Shown here piece after piece: positions 1-12,173 of a stretch of 64,000 nt of DNA. Source of the stretch: Octopus sinensis (Eukaryota); assembly GCF_006345805.1 (NCBI RefSeq), contig NC_043005.1, forward strand, positions 98,580,001 to 98,644,000, written 5' to 3'. Made by a program: the position numbers and the translations under genes. Numbering within the stretch: the first letter of the stretch is position 1; each line of letters opens with the position of its first letter. The notes under the pieces are model-generated. The model had not been told where the DNA came from, searched no databases, and saw only the letters and a program-made list of their open reading frames with translations.

Positions 1-672
1 TCTAGGAGGGTAACTTTCTAGGTGCAATCCCATGGTCATTCATGACCGAAGGGGGTCTTTACCCTTTACCAAGCTTTAAGAGAAAAAATAAATACTGGAG
101 TTGTTGATAGTTGATTCGTTTGACTGAAATTCTTCAGGGCAATGCCCCCACCATGGCCATAGTCTAATGACGCATAAAAGATAAAATGAAAGTTAAATTA
201 TTTGGGAAGTTCATTTGTAATCACGATGTAGTTTATCCTCTATTCTAACTAGATTACACGTACCCAAGTTGCAAGGATGCCGGTACTCTCCTTTTTGGCT
301 GAAGTAAACCTAAATCGACCCAAAATCGATGTTTTTACTTTCTTTCTTTGCTTATGTTTGTGTTTTCTTCGGTTTGGGATTTGTATTTTAATGTGGTTTT
401 GCATCATTTATGTATTATATCCATACGTGTTATATATGTAATGAAATGAATCCAATATATATTATAAACTCGGGTATTAATTGTCGGGTATTTGATCAGC
501 TTGCAATGTCGAGGTCAACTCCACCCATTAATTAATACCAGGTATTTTCCGTTATTGAATCTCAATGTACACAGAATTTTTCAGAATTTTTTTCCCCATT
601 TCAACACCTTGTTGAAACCAATTGTATTTACATGTCACTATATCCAAATACAACGTAAACTTAAACAGTGCG

Positions 673-905
673 TCATAATAATAATAATTGTGTACAGTGC
701 TCAGGTGCACTACAACTCATTTAAAGTGTATATATAATCAGGTGTAGTTTCGGCGGATTTCGGAAAGCATGAGGGCCTTAAAGGATGCAGTGTGATGGCA
801 GTCAACAACTGACGCAGGCAGTTTATTCCATGCTTCAGCAACTCTGAGCGTGAAAGAATGTTTCCGAAAGTCATGGAAGGAGCTGTGTTGTTTTCTCACT
901 TTCAT
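673..905 (-). mobile_element. 3' end of a CR1/L2-type LINE (same family as 37765-38835)
   Basis: Encodes KVRKQHSSFHDFRKHSFTLRVAEAWNKLPASVV...EIRRNYT*, nearly identical to the C-terminus at 38500-38660. Shares the ctgagcactgta 3' UTR and (TTA)n tail. Confidence 0.8.
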
Positions 906-1016
906 GTACTGGTAAATATACAAAGGTTCGAGTATTTCGTCCTTACTCAGACGAAGTCGACATAAAAAGACCTTGTAAATCACTATTACGTAACTATTTT
1001 CAAGAACTACAACAGC

Positions 1017-1053
<37 letters not shown>

Positions 1054-1921
1054 GAGTAGTAGTACTAAAAATAATAATAATCCTTTCTACTAAGGCACAA
1101 AGCCCGAAATTTGAAGGGAGGGGCAAGTCGATTACATCGCTCCGGTGCTCGACTGGTACTTATTTCATCGATCCCGATAGGATGAACGGAAAAGTCTTAT
1201 TAACAATAATAAATTCGTAAATACAACCGAAAAATCAACAAGCAATAAAAGTAAACAAAAAACGATTAATAACAATTTTCTCCGTGAAGTCCGAACCTGG
1301 GAAAATAAATCTTCCAAGATGCTTGTGTCAACTGATAAATACAGAAAAGGAGAGATCAATCTACCTTGTGGCGTGAGTACCACACCTATGTGAGGTCTCC
1401 GAAAAAGAGTCCAATACAAGTGATGGATCGGTGCCATGGTCATTCGGAGACTTTGTCCGACGAGGTTATCCTGTCATTCAAACGAAGGGCGCCATAAGTC
1501 ATTCTGCACAAGGGGAAACAACTCTGGATGACAGCTGTATCGGCTTTCCTCCTCCTCCTCCTCCTCCTGCTGCTGCTGCCATGGACGGATGATTCTGTTG
1601 GCATTTGAGTAGAGAGGAGTTGATATAATCATGGCAAACTTTGTGATAACTATAACATTTTGGCTTATATGTATGAATATTCGATTTTTCTAATTAACGG
1701 CATCATTGAAAAATGCACATGATGAAAGTTGTTGGTGGGTATGAAGAGGTACATAAAAATGCCAAAATAACAGAAAAATAAGAAAATTGTATTTATCACT
1801 CACCAACTTTTACATAGGTCCCATTACTTTTAATCTGTACCATATATTGTCATCAATGTAGTTCACAAATGCTCTTCCTAATTTCACAAATGTTGTACAG
1901 GTATGCATTCAAAACCACTAT

Positions 1922-2112
1922 ATCATCATCATCATCATCATCACCGTTTAACGTCCGCTTTCCATGCTAGTATGGGTTGGACGATTTGACTGAGGACTGG
2001 CGAACCAGATGGCTGCACCAGGCTCCAATCTTGATCTGGCAGAGTTTCTACAGCTGGATGCCCTTCCTAATGCCAACCACTCCGAGAGTGTAGTGGGTGC
2101 TTTTATGTGCCA
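1922..2112 (-). mobile_element. SINE family D 3' part, (GAT)n tail
   Basis: Reverse complement of the repeat at 34170-34363 and 49977-50138 (...ggaagggcatccagctgtagaaac...aacccatgctagcatggaaagcggacgttaaacgatgatgat). Confidence 0.8.
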
Positions 2113-2599
2113 CCAGCTCGCATATTTACATATGGGTACATGATCTTAAAAACAGGTTACATACATTTTCTAATGGCTTCCAAGGAACAGCATGTTTAGT
2201 TTATGCAAAAGCTGCACATTTACAACACATTTGCACATTCTTTGCAAAAGCTACATTTGCATGTGATAAGCATGCATTATTCACAATCACTGTGAAAGTT
2301 CCTGAAGAACCATTATGTCTTATATAGACTTCAGAAGACAGTAACACACCTTGGCCTTCTGAATTTGCAATCTAGTTTCAAATTATTTTTGTTCTGTTTA
2401 AACAAAGAAATACATGCATACTGTGTAATAAGGAAAAAGCTAAATTTGAATACCTGATACTTCTCAATAAGGTGAATATAAAAGAGGATAGAGGAATATA
2501 GAAGGATAAATGAAGTAGAGTAATTCATAGTGGAATAAGGGATATATACAAATGCATACAGTGTATTAAATATATATTGATGGTATAGATTGGTAAATC

Positions 2600-3054
2600 A
2601 GGGCGGCGAGCTGGCAGAAACGTTAGAACGCCGGGCGAAATGCTTAGCAGTATTTCGTCTGCCGTTACATTCTGAGCTCAAATTCCGCTGAAGTCGACTT
2701 TGCCTTTCATCCTTTCGGGGTCGATAAATAAAGTACTAGTTTTGCACTGTGGTCGATGTAATCGACTTAATCCATTTGTCTGTCCTTGTTTGTCCCCTCT
2801 ATGTTTAGCCCTTTGTGGGCAGTAAAGAAATATGCAAGGCGGCAAGCTGGCAGAAACGTTAGCATGCCAGGCGAAATGCTTAGCAGTATTTCGTCTGCCG
2901 CTATGTTTTGAGTTCAGATTCCGCCGAGGTCAACTTTGCCTTTCATCCTTTCGGGGTTGATTAAATAAGTACCAGTTACGCACTGGGGTCAATATAATCA
3001 ACTTAATCCGTTTGTCCTCTCTGTGTTTAGCCCCTTGTGGGTAGTAAAGAAATA
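2600..3054 (+). mobile_element. Head-to-tail dimer of tRNA-derived SINE family A
   Basis: Two copies (~2601-2832, ~2838-3054) of ggcggcgagctggcagaaacgttagc...gagttcaaattccgcc...gactttgcctttcatcctttcggggtcgat...aaagaaata, flanked by the 18-bp direct repeat GGTATAGATTGGTAAATC. Confidence 0.9.
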
Positions 3055-3060
3055 GGTATA

Positions 3061-3445
3061 GATTGGTAAATCTAATCAATACATACATACTTACATATAA
3101 ATATATATATTATTAAGTTTGAAAATGGAATGATTCAACGGATATAAATTAATTTATTATAATTATCATTGTTACCTAGCATAAGATATATATAGTCTAT
3201 TGGAGTATTTCAACCGATCAAGATGTAATCTCTGTAGTGTCCCTTTTCATGCCCTCAAGATTTTCCACTGAAGGTATTTTGAAATGCAAACTTATATATT
3301 TATATATGTTTTGTAATTTAAATTTGGTGTGAAATGAAACAATTGTAGGTAACTGATAATTAATTAATAAATTAATTTATATCCATTGAAACTCTCTATT
3401 TTCAAACTTAATGTATGTATGTATGTATTGATTAGATTTACCAAT
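3061..3445. repeat. Imperfect inverted-repeat element (arms ~3061-3178 and ~3346-3445), probably Penelope-like or MITE
   Basis: attggtaaatctaatcaatacatacatac...aagtttgaaaat...gatataaattaat...gttaccta is mirrored by taggtaac...attaatttatatc...attttcaaactt...gtatgtatgtattgattagatttaccaat. Confidence 0.7.
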
Positions 3446-3724
3446 GTCAAATGGGAGAAAATTAATTTCATCATCAGAATGTATGAACATAAAAACGTTA
3501 GTTGAGCATGATGAACCAAAGTAAGTGGCAGAATGAACTTTCAAATACAGAAACAACTCCAGCTGGGACTAAATAATTTGAATTTTGTGTCAAATGATTT
3601 AGAAGATAACTCATATAAAGTGCAAAAGATTCAACAGCTTCAAATGGTTTAGTGTTACTTTAAAAAAAAGGAAATCTACAAAATCATGTAGTGTATTATA
3701 TATACATATATATTGGGCTATTAT

Positions 3725-4060
3725 GTGAAGGCGCATGGCTCAGTGGTTTGAGTGTTGAGCTTATAATTGTGAGGTTGTGAGTTTGAATCCCGGACCGGGC
3801 TGCATTTTGCGTTCTTGAGCAAGACACTTTATTTCATGTTGCTCCAGTTCACTCAGCTGTAGAAATGAGTTGTGACGTCACGGGTGCCAAGCTGTAGCAG
3901 CCTTTGCTTTTCCCTTGGATAACACTGGTGACATGGAGAGGGGAGGCCAGTATGCATGGGCGACTGTTGGTCTTCCATAAACAACCCTGCCTGGACTTGT
4001 ACCTGGAAGGTTAATTTTCTAGGTGCAATCCCATGGTCAGCCATGACCGAAGGGGTTCTC
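3725..4060 (+). mobile_element. tRNA-derived SINE family B (CORE-like domain)
   Basis: A box TGGCTCAGTGG and B box GAGTTTGAATCCC, then ttgagcaagacactttatttc...ccagttcactcagctgtagaaatgagt. Same family at 34422, 43893, 61185(-), with a tail at 1-68. Confidence 0.85.
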
Positions 4061-4542
4061 AGCATATATTGGTGATTATAATATGTTGAAATATTTGACT
4101 AAGCAAGGAGAGGTGTTCTTTGTCAGACAGATTTACTTAGATCACACAACCTCAAAATTGAAATTTCAAAGGTCTTTCAACATCTCAACATCAGTTTTTA
4201 AAAATTATAAATAGAAAGACTTAACATATGCAATTGAGATGGCATTAAATTAAAATGGTCATCTGTGTATCATACAAAATTAGTAGGCATGATGCAGAGG
4301 AATCATCTGAAATAGGCTCCCTTCATTGATTTCTTGTGTTAAAAACAATATATATTTTTATGATAGGGAATGCTTAGCAAAACTAATTCACCATAAAGGA
4401 ATTGCTTCAGATGCCTGAAAGCAACTAGATGGAAGACACGACCAATTTATTGCATATAATACTTGATGAAACAAGCTTCCTTATTGAGACAATCTGTTCA
4501 TTCAGCACCTCTGTGCTATGATGAAAGATTTTCAACTAGTAC

Positions 4543-4961
4543 AGGCATAGGAATAGTTGTTTAGTAAGAAGTCTGCTTCTCAACCACATGGTTTTGAGTT
4601 CAATGCCACTGCATGGCGCCTTGGGCAAGTGTCTTCAAATATAGCCCTGGGTCAGCCAAAGCCTTTTGAGTGGATTTGGTTGATGGAAACTGAAAGAAAT
4701 CTGTCATGTGTGTGTGTGTGTATACTTGTTATTTCATTATTGCCCACAAGGGGCTAAACATAGAGGGGACAAACAAGGACAGACAAAGGGATTAAGTTGA
4801 TTACATCGACACCAGTGTGTAACTGGTACTTTATTTATCGACCCCAAAAGGATGAAAGGCAAAGTTGACCTCGGTGGAATTTGAACTCAGAACGTAACGG
4901 CAGACGAAATACTGCTAAGCATTTCGCCCAGCGTGCTAACATTTCTGCCAGCTTGCCGCCT
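4543..4961. mobile_element. SINE family C 5' part (+, 4543-4720) interrupted by SINE family A (-, 4728-4961)
   Basis: Similarity to 8970-9368 and reverse-complement similarity to 2601-2832. Confidence 0.8.
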
Positions 4962-5409
4962 TATCTACACTTGTGTGTGTGTATTACTGTCTTGCATGAT
5001 AATTGTAAGCAAGTGTCATCATCATGCAAGTAGTGCCCTTCATTTCCAATCTTCTTAGATGTCTGGTCATGGGGAAGTAGGTGAAGGCTGGTGATAGGAA
5101 GGGCATCTGGTCATAAAAAAAATCTACCTTAGCATATATCATCTGACACAGGTGAGTCTGAAAAAGTAGACATTAAATACTAATGATTTGTTTTGGTGAC
5201 ACCAGTGTCTCAGGTGTACATAGCAAGGATGTGATGATGCAAGCTTGGTGGAAATTTCCAAATACCCGCTTGACCAGACTTGTTTCTCAAGTATCAAGTA
5301 TCCCAAATTCAATTGCAGTCATCTCAATCCTCAAGTTGATCTCACAATCCATATGTGGTGTTAGAAGTCACACATGACTTACCTGGAACAGGTATAAACA
5401 TCATCTTAG

Positions 5410-5700
5410 TTGTTTTCAACTTTATTGCAATGACAAATGACCGAGACTTTTGGCAATATTCCATGCTTGAGAAGACCCATCAAGCCAAGTGAAATTGTAG
5501 CCGTGATAGATACTGGTGTCACACAAATGGCACCTATGCCAGTGGCACGTAAAAGCACCTATTACACTTTTGGAGTGGTTAGTATTAGGAAGGGCATCCA
5601 GTTGTAGAAACCATGCCAAATCAGACTGGAGTCTAATGCAGCCCCTCAGTTTACCATGCCATCATGGACGATGGACGTTAAAAGTTGATGATGATGATAT
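5410..5700 (+). mobile_element. SINE family D
   Basis: gccagtggcacgtaaaagcacc...ggaagggcatccagttgtagaaaccatgcc...ggacgttaaaagttgatgatgat. Confidence 0.75.
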
Positions 5701-6011
5701 GGCATGCCCAAAAGTGATAAGGCACAAAAGAAGAGGTCTATTGTTTACTGAGTATCTTGCTCTAAATGAGCCACAAGGTCAGTATGCAATAAACTAGACT
5801 TTTTGAAATGATTCAGTTTATCTGTTGTGTAAAAGCAGACAAAGATACCTAAACCACAGTCCTATAAAGTAAATAGAGATCACAGTTAGCATAGTTATAC
5901 CACTTGCTTAACATCAATATCCACCAGGACTGTTCTGGTAGAGCACCATTTTAGTTGAAGCAGACTTTCATATAAGTCTGTTGTTGGAAAACATACCAAC
6001 AGACTTAGGTT

Positions 6012-6056
6012 AGGACCCCAACTTAACCAGGAGAATCCTGGTTAAGTTGGGGTCCT
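6012..6056. repeat. Perfect hairpin palindrome, 21-bp arms, 3-nt loop
   Basis: AGGACCCCAACTTAACCAGGA-GAA-TCCTGGTTAAGTTGGGGTCCT. Confidence 0.95.
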
Positions 6057-6842
6057 GGCATTTTATTCATTGTGTCAAGGGCTTTCATAATATTAACTAA
6101 AACTTGATACAAGAGTAGTCTTTGCTCTATGCTTTCATACAAAGTGCATCAGAAACTTTTTATTTGATACCCAGTGTGCCACAAAAGCTAAAAGACTGAG
6201 AAGCACTGGCTTAGTGAGTAAATTGAAGAAATGAGACATTGTGTGTGCGTTTGAGTGAGTGTGTGGATGATTAGTGTCTTGCTATCATGTAGACGAGATT
6301 AAAAAGTAGAAACTGCAGAAGAAATGCATTAAAAGGTTAGTAATCAGCATTAAATGTTCTTATAAGAACTGTCAGTATTTTTGTAAATGTTGCTGTAAAT
6401 AGCCATAACTGTTTTTTGTAAACATTGCTATAAGTGATGTGAATGTCACTGAAAGGACTGTTTGTAACCTATTTTCATTCCTTGTGTATAGCTGTTACAA
6501 TTTACTTACATCACTAACATGTTTAGAAAAGATATGTTTCCTTTCTCTTACAAAACTCATCTAGCAGACTCTGTGTAAGTGGATTTATGGTCCAGTGTTT
6601 TGTCCAGTTCACTCTATCTTCTTTCACTCTTGTACTACATGTTATCAACTTGTGTCATTCTGATAACCAAGCACACTCTTGCTTCTTCTTTACCATACAT
6701 TCTTGGCCTTTGTCATCACTCTGTCTCCTGGGTCAAATAGCCCCCACCATTCTCACTGCCACCTCAGTCATGTTGTGTTGAACATACACATCTATCTCAG
6801 AATATTGACACTCCACTCTTTATCATTCATCGCTCTAATTCT

Positions 6843-7050
6843 TTTCTACTCTAGGCACAAGGCACAAAACTTTTGAGAAGGGGGCCAGTCAATTAGATCG
6901 ACCCCAGTATGCAACTGGTACTTTATTTATCGACGCTGAAAGGATGAAAGGCAAAGTTGACCTCGGCGGAATTTGAACTCAGAACGTAAAGACAGGCAAA
7001 ATACTGATAAGCCTTTCACCTGGTGTGCTAATATTTCTGCCAGCTTGCCT
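6843..7050 (-). mobile_element. SINE family A
   Basis: Reverse complement of the family A head and central domain (aaaggatgaaaggcaaagttgacctcggcggaatttgaactcagaac). Confidence 0.8.
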
Positions 7051-7240
7051 TATTCATCACTCTAATTACTGTCATTCATGCATCTAACACTTACACCTGT
7101 CACTCTCTAGAGACTTGTGAGCAAGCAGAAACATGTGATTGTGGGGTTCCTTTAATCATGTTGAGGATATGGTTACCTCTCTAGTGCTGGTGCCATGTAA
7201 AATGCACCCAGTACATTCTGTAAAGTGTTTAGTGTTAGGA

Positions 7241-7373
7241 TAACTTAAACCCTAAACCTAACCCTAACCCTCAACCTAAATCTAACACTAAACCTAACCC
7301 TAACCTTTAACTTTAGCCTTGAAACTAACCTTAAGCCCCAACCCTAAATCTTAATCCTTATCTCAACCCTAAC
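7241..7373 (+). repeat. Degenerate telomere-like (CCCTAA/CCTAA)n tract
   Basis: aaccctaaacctaaccctaaccctcaacctaaatctaacactaaacctaaccctaacc... Confidence 0.75.
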
Positions 7374-7399
7374 TCCAAGATAGTTTCAATTGGTTACTC

Positions 7400-7650
7400 G
7401 TCATCATCATCATTTAGTGTCCGTTTTCCATGCTGCGATGCCCTGGATGGTTTAACTGAAAACTGGCAAGCCAGGGAGCTGCACCAGGTTCTGATCTGAT
7501 TTGGCAAGGTTTCTACAGCAAGATGCCCTTTCTAACGCCAACCACTCCAAGAGTGTAGTGGGTGTTAGTTACCTGCCACCGACACAGGTGCCCTTGACTT
7601 GACACCAGCATTGGCCACAACTACGGTCTGACTTGGCTTGACAGGTCTCA
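7400..7650 (-). mobile_element. SINE family D
   Basis: (CAT)n followed by gtccgttttccatgct...tttctacagcaagatgccctttctaacgccaaccactccaagagtgtagtgggtg. Confidence 0.75.
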
Positions 7651-8969
7651 GAAAGACATACAAATAACATCGTCTGCTAGACGGAATTCCGTGAGTGGAT
7701 AATTCTGTTTGGTTAAAGTTATAAAATATTTCAAGCTTTAAAGGCTATTTTTTATTATTAATTTCTCAAAAAAAATAGTTGTGATTTACATAATTGGCCT
7801 GAAAAACTACACTTATGTAGAAATTTTCAACAAAATCGGAAGAGATAGTTTAAACTAAAAAGATCCATGATAATTTTAAACATCTTTTTCTTTGTTTTCT
7901 TCTTTTTTTATTTATTGGTATATGTCTGGTCATCGTCAAAGTTGAGAGGCGAACTGTCATCATATCAGACATCATTGCGTCTTGGTCATCGCCAGTTGAT
8001 TAAATCGACTTGAGTATTTGAGTGATATTTTTATTTTATAAACACTTATGTAATAGACATACTCATCCTTTCCGGGATTTTAACTTAGAATCGATATAAA
8101 TATCGCAAGGTATTTCGACTGACGCTTCCTAATAATGTTGTTAATTACTTACCCCTTATCCGAAAAGGTCGAATAGTATCCAAAACTAAACCAAGATAAT
8201 GGTAAGGGAGGTAACTTTGGATGGTCCTAATTTTGAAGTTGTCTCCATCAGATATTTGTACCTAACGAGGGAACACAGCATCAAACTTTGTCGAATCGAT
8301 TCTGGTATTTGGCTGGTATATTATTTAATCGACTCCGGAAAGATGGAAGGCACAATCTAACTCAGACAACAGAGGGGCCAAAGACTAAATACTGCAAGAT
8401 GTTTTTACTTATACAATCGTTATTCTTTGTTGGTAGTTCACAATATTAAGTATGCTTCATGTGAAGAAAAGGATGATCGCACTAGAATTTAATTTTGCAT
8501 ATATTTTACTAACTCGCGTTTTCATATTTACATGTGAACATATAAATCATTAAAGACAACAACATTCAAGAAACAGCGAATATAATTCTCAAATAATCTT
8601 CTGAAATACAACTTGTTAGATAATATTATGAAAGTAGTTCATAGTTACCGAAGATGAAATAAGTCAAAGGTATTGAAACTACTGCATATAATCAACGTGC
8701 ATTATTCAGCCCTAGAATTTAAGGTTGGTGCCTTTGTTGAATACAACATGAGCATAGTAAATAAGAAAAAGTGGAAAGGAGTGAGAGATGAACTGACTGA
8801 GTAAAATGACAGTTTTGTCTGGGTGGCTGAGTGGCTCTAGCTGTCATTGAATTTGCCACATTTTTATAACCATAAATCAAATTTTCAAGAACATTTGATC
8901 AAACTGTTTGTGAGAAAATTCCTACTCTACCTTTGAAGTTCACTGGATCAACGATAATAAGTCAGCCTA

Positions 8970-9368
8970 GGCTCAGAAGTGACTGTGTGGTAAGTAGCTT
9001 GCTTATCAACCATATGGTTCAAGGTTCAGTTCCACTGTGTGGCACCTTGGGCAAGTGTCTTCTACTATAGCCTTGGGACGACCAAAGCCTTGTGAGTGGA
9101 TTTGGTAGACGGAAACTGAAAGAAACCCGTCGTATATATGTATATATATATATGTGTGTGTGTGTGTATGTTTGTGTGTCTGTGTTTGTCCCCCTAACAT
9201 CACTTGACAACCGATGCTGGTGTGTTTACATCCCCATAACTTAGCAGTTCAGCAAAAGAAACCGATAGAATAAGTACTGGGTTTACAAAGAATAAGTCCT
9301 GGGGTCGATTTGCTCGACTAAAGGCAGTGCTCCAACATGGCTGCAGTCAGATGACTGAAACAAGTAAA
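8970..9368 (+). mobile_element. Full-length tRNA-derived SINE family C with internal (TA)/(TG) microsatellite
   Basis: ctgtgtggtaagtagcttgc...ggttcagttccactg...ttgggcaagtgtcttctactatagcc...ggggtcgatttgctcgactaaagg...atgactgaaacaagtaaa. Copies at 25890 and 38944. Confidence 0.85.
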
Positions 9369-10989
9369 CGACTATGTTGATTAATCAAACCATATTCATG
9401 TTGACATGAATGTGTTTTATGGTGACACTTTTCCTTTTATGGTAATATGTTGGGTCACGGTCCTGAACTGGGAAAATCTGAGAGCCATGGTTCGAAACTA
9501 AGTTGGAGCCTTGCTACAAGGTATTGCTAACAATTTTATAATCAGGAAATATGAACTGTATTTCAATGACAGAAACTGCTATTTCCTGTTTATAAGTCTA
9601 TATATAGCAATACCAACATACATTTTTGTGCTGTAGAAGTTAAACCTATTCTTGTATATTTGTATATATCAGAGCCCTATCTTCTCTAATTAACTAATGA
9701 CCTGCTTTTCTCACACAAAAATAACAATAATAATGATGCTATTAATATATTACTAAATTAGTTTATTTCAGTACAAAAGCTGGTAGTATACAAGATTACA
9801 ATCCATAGTAACTGTAAATCAAAAACAAGCATAAAATGATCATTCATTGAATGCATAAAAAGCTTCTTCTACGAAATTTTTTAGTATCAAATCTACCAGA
9901 GCAATTCTGCTGAAAGATCTAGCATTAATCTGCCATCATATGTGTATTCTAACTTCCAAGATACCTTGTTCTCCTTGTTTTTTCTATCCTGATGAAATAT
10001 TTCTCCTTGTTCTTAATTGAAACAGATCTATATGACAGTGGAAATTTTGGATCTTGATGCTTATATTAAACCAGGCTTATTAAAACTAGATAACACAGTA
10101 ATCTAATTAGAAGCAATCTGTGGAAATAGAGGACCAAGAAAGACATGGTTGATATCAGGAAACTAAACTTCATGAAGGAGATGACAAACGACTGTACCAA
10201 GTTGCAAGGTGCTGTTCTAAAGAAGACCTATCCATTCCACTAAAGAATGAGTGTAAAATAATGGTGTACACTCTTCAATATTGGGTGTACTTTATTTATA
10301 TGAAGATATCCAGAGATTTTATTGTTGCTTGACAAAGACATTTTACAGTAAATCTACACCAAGCTTAAGATTCAGAACTTCAAATTTATTTTCTTTTACA
10401 ATTTTCCAATATTTCCCTGTTAATCATTGGTTTTTCAGTCCCTGCTAACCTCTCTCCAGTATGGCATCCTTCGAGTTCCTTTGATAAGATCTTATATGCT
10501 TGATGAATAGAAAGTATTCTCAACAGTGACAAGAAAATGATCACCTTATAGTCTTAGAGAAGTTTGAGTCTAAGGCTACTCATAACTTCTGCCAAGCAAC
10601 TTAAATACTGTCTCTTTTAGAATAACTGCCACTTTCTCTTTCACTCCTTCCTCTTGTTCTTGATGAAAATAGGAATACCACACTTTCTCTGTTCCCATAC
10701 AAATTCATACAGAAGTGTAGACACATATTTATAAACCTTATGGAACTAGGTTTCCAAGAAGACATTCTGTTGTTCTCTGTCTTCTTGTAATTTGATACAA
10801 CACTCCATTTCTTTATTTATATTGAATGGTTTTTCACTGATTATTTTGTGTCCAGACAGCAAGAATGTCTTTTTTTTCTAAGCACCTGTGGAAATTTGTA
10901 GATAGTAATTTACTCATCAAGTAGCCCAGTTTTAATATTAGCTCAATAGAGTACATTTAAAATATAACAGTTATTTTTCCAAAGATACA

Positions 10990-11733
10990 ATGGAAGTGAC
11001 AAAGGAGCATATTCAGCATATTTTGCTTTATGAGTTCAGTAAAGGCAACAATGCAATGGAAAGTGCGAGAAATATTAATGCAGTCTATGGGGATTGGATA
11101 ATAAGAGTAAGCCAGTGTTAATGGTGGTTCCAGAAATTCCGAACCAGAAACTACAGCCTAGAAAATGAGCCTTGTCCTGGAAGATCTGTAGAGCTTGATG
11201 AGGACATCCTGCAAACCCTGGTGGACCAAAATTCCATCGTAACTGTAGAGGAACTAGCAGAGAACCTTGGATTTGGTGATTCAGCCATTCATCAACAACT
11301 GTGTGCCATGGGAAAAGTCAGCAAATTGGGTCAATGGGCTCTTCATAAACTTTCCAAGTCTAATCACACAGCCAGCCACATACAGTGAGGATGACATTCC
11401 AAAGGCGGAGCAGCTTGAATGGGAAATGATGCCTCATCCACCATATTTGCCAGACATTGCTCCATCTGATTATCATTTATTCCGCAGTCTTCAAAATCAT
11501 TTCAATGGAAAAAATATTCTGTAGATGAGGCCAGAACAGTACTGAAGGAGTATTTTTCATCATGGACAAGGGAATTTTGGAAGAGGGGCCTGGTAAGTCT
11601 ACCAGATAGATGGAAGAGCATTGCAGGAAATGAAGGAAAGTATATTTTAGATTAAGAAAGAACTTTGTTTATCTTAATTTTGAAAAATAAAAGAGGTATA
11701 AAAAAAACTTCATTATTTATGAGATGACCTAAT
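10990..11733 (+). mobile_element. Internally deleted, degenerate mariner transposon
   Basis: ATG at 10990 starts MEVTKEHIQHILLYEFSKGNNA... (HTH; GRS; VEELAENL; KLGQWALHKL, the WVPHEL-like motif). This joins directly to ...EWEMMPHPPYLPDIAPSDYHLFRSLQNH...LPDRWKSI...GKYILD*. Right TIR-like end at ~11709-11733. Contains stops and frameshifts. Confidence 0.85.
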
Positions 11734-12173
11734 ATATTTTTCTTAACATCTCTGTTTTTGGTCTGGTTATAATAAGCTTATTTACTGGATAAGACATAAG
11801 TGCATTAGTCAGTTTTTTTTATGTCTATATCATACTTCTCCTAATAATATCAATCTATGCATTGCATAAAGATCTTCACATTTATTGAAGAGTAGGATGG
11901 ATTATAGGACAGTCCTGTCTTTCTCAGGAGCAGTAATGAAAAAACAACAAAACATCTCATTTTTTACACCAGGCATGAAAGCCACCATACTTTGATCTCT
12001 ATATGCATAGTTATTTACAGAAACAATTCCACCCCTCACCTCTTTACCCATAGTTTACACCATGCTTTGATCTCTCTTTCTAGCATGACAATTTTTAGTA
12101 ATTGCTTTTATTGACAGGTACCATAAAGCTGCTCTGACCCAGTTTTGATTACAAGTTATACTATTTCACTGCC

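Noticed and set aside
3725-3800. tRNA-like heads here and at 34422, 43893, 49084 as tRNA genes
   Set aside because: They continue into SINE bodies and lack complete cloverleaves.
9840-10900. Possible L1-like RT remnants on the minus strand
   Set aside because: Only isolated weak motifs (e.g. AYKILSK); boundaries and identity cannot be supported.
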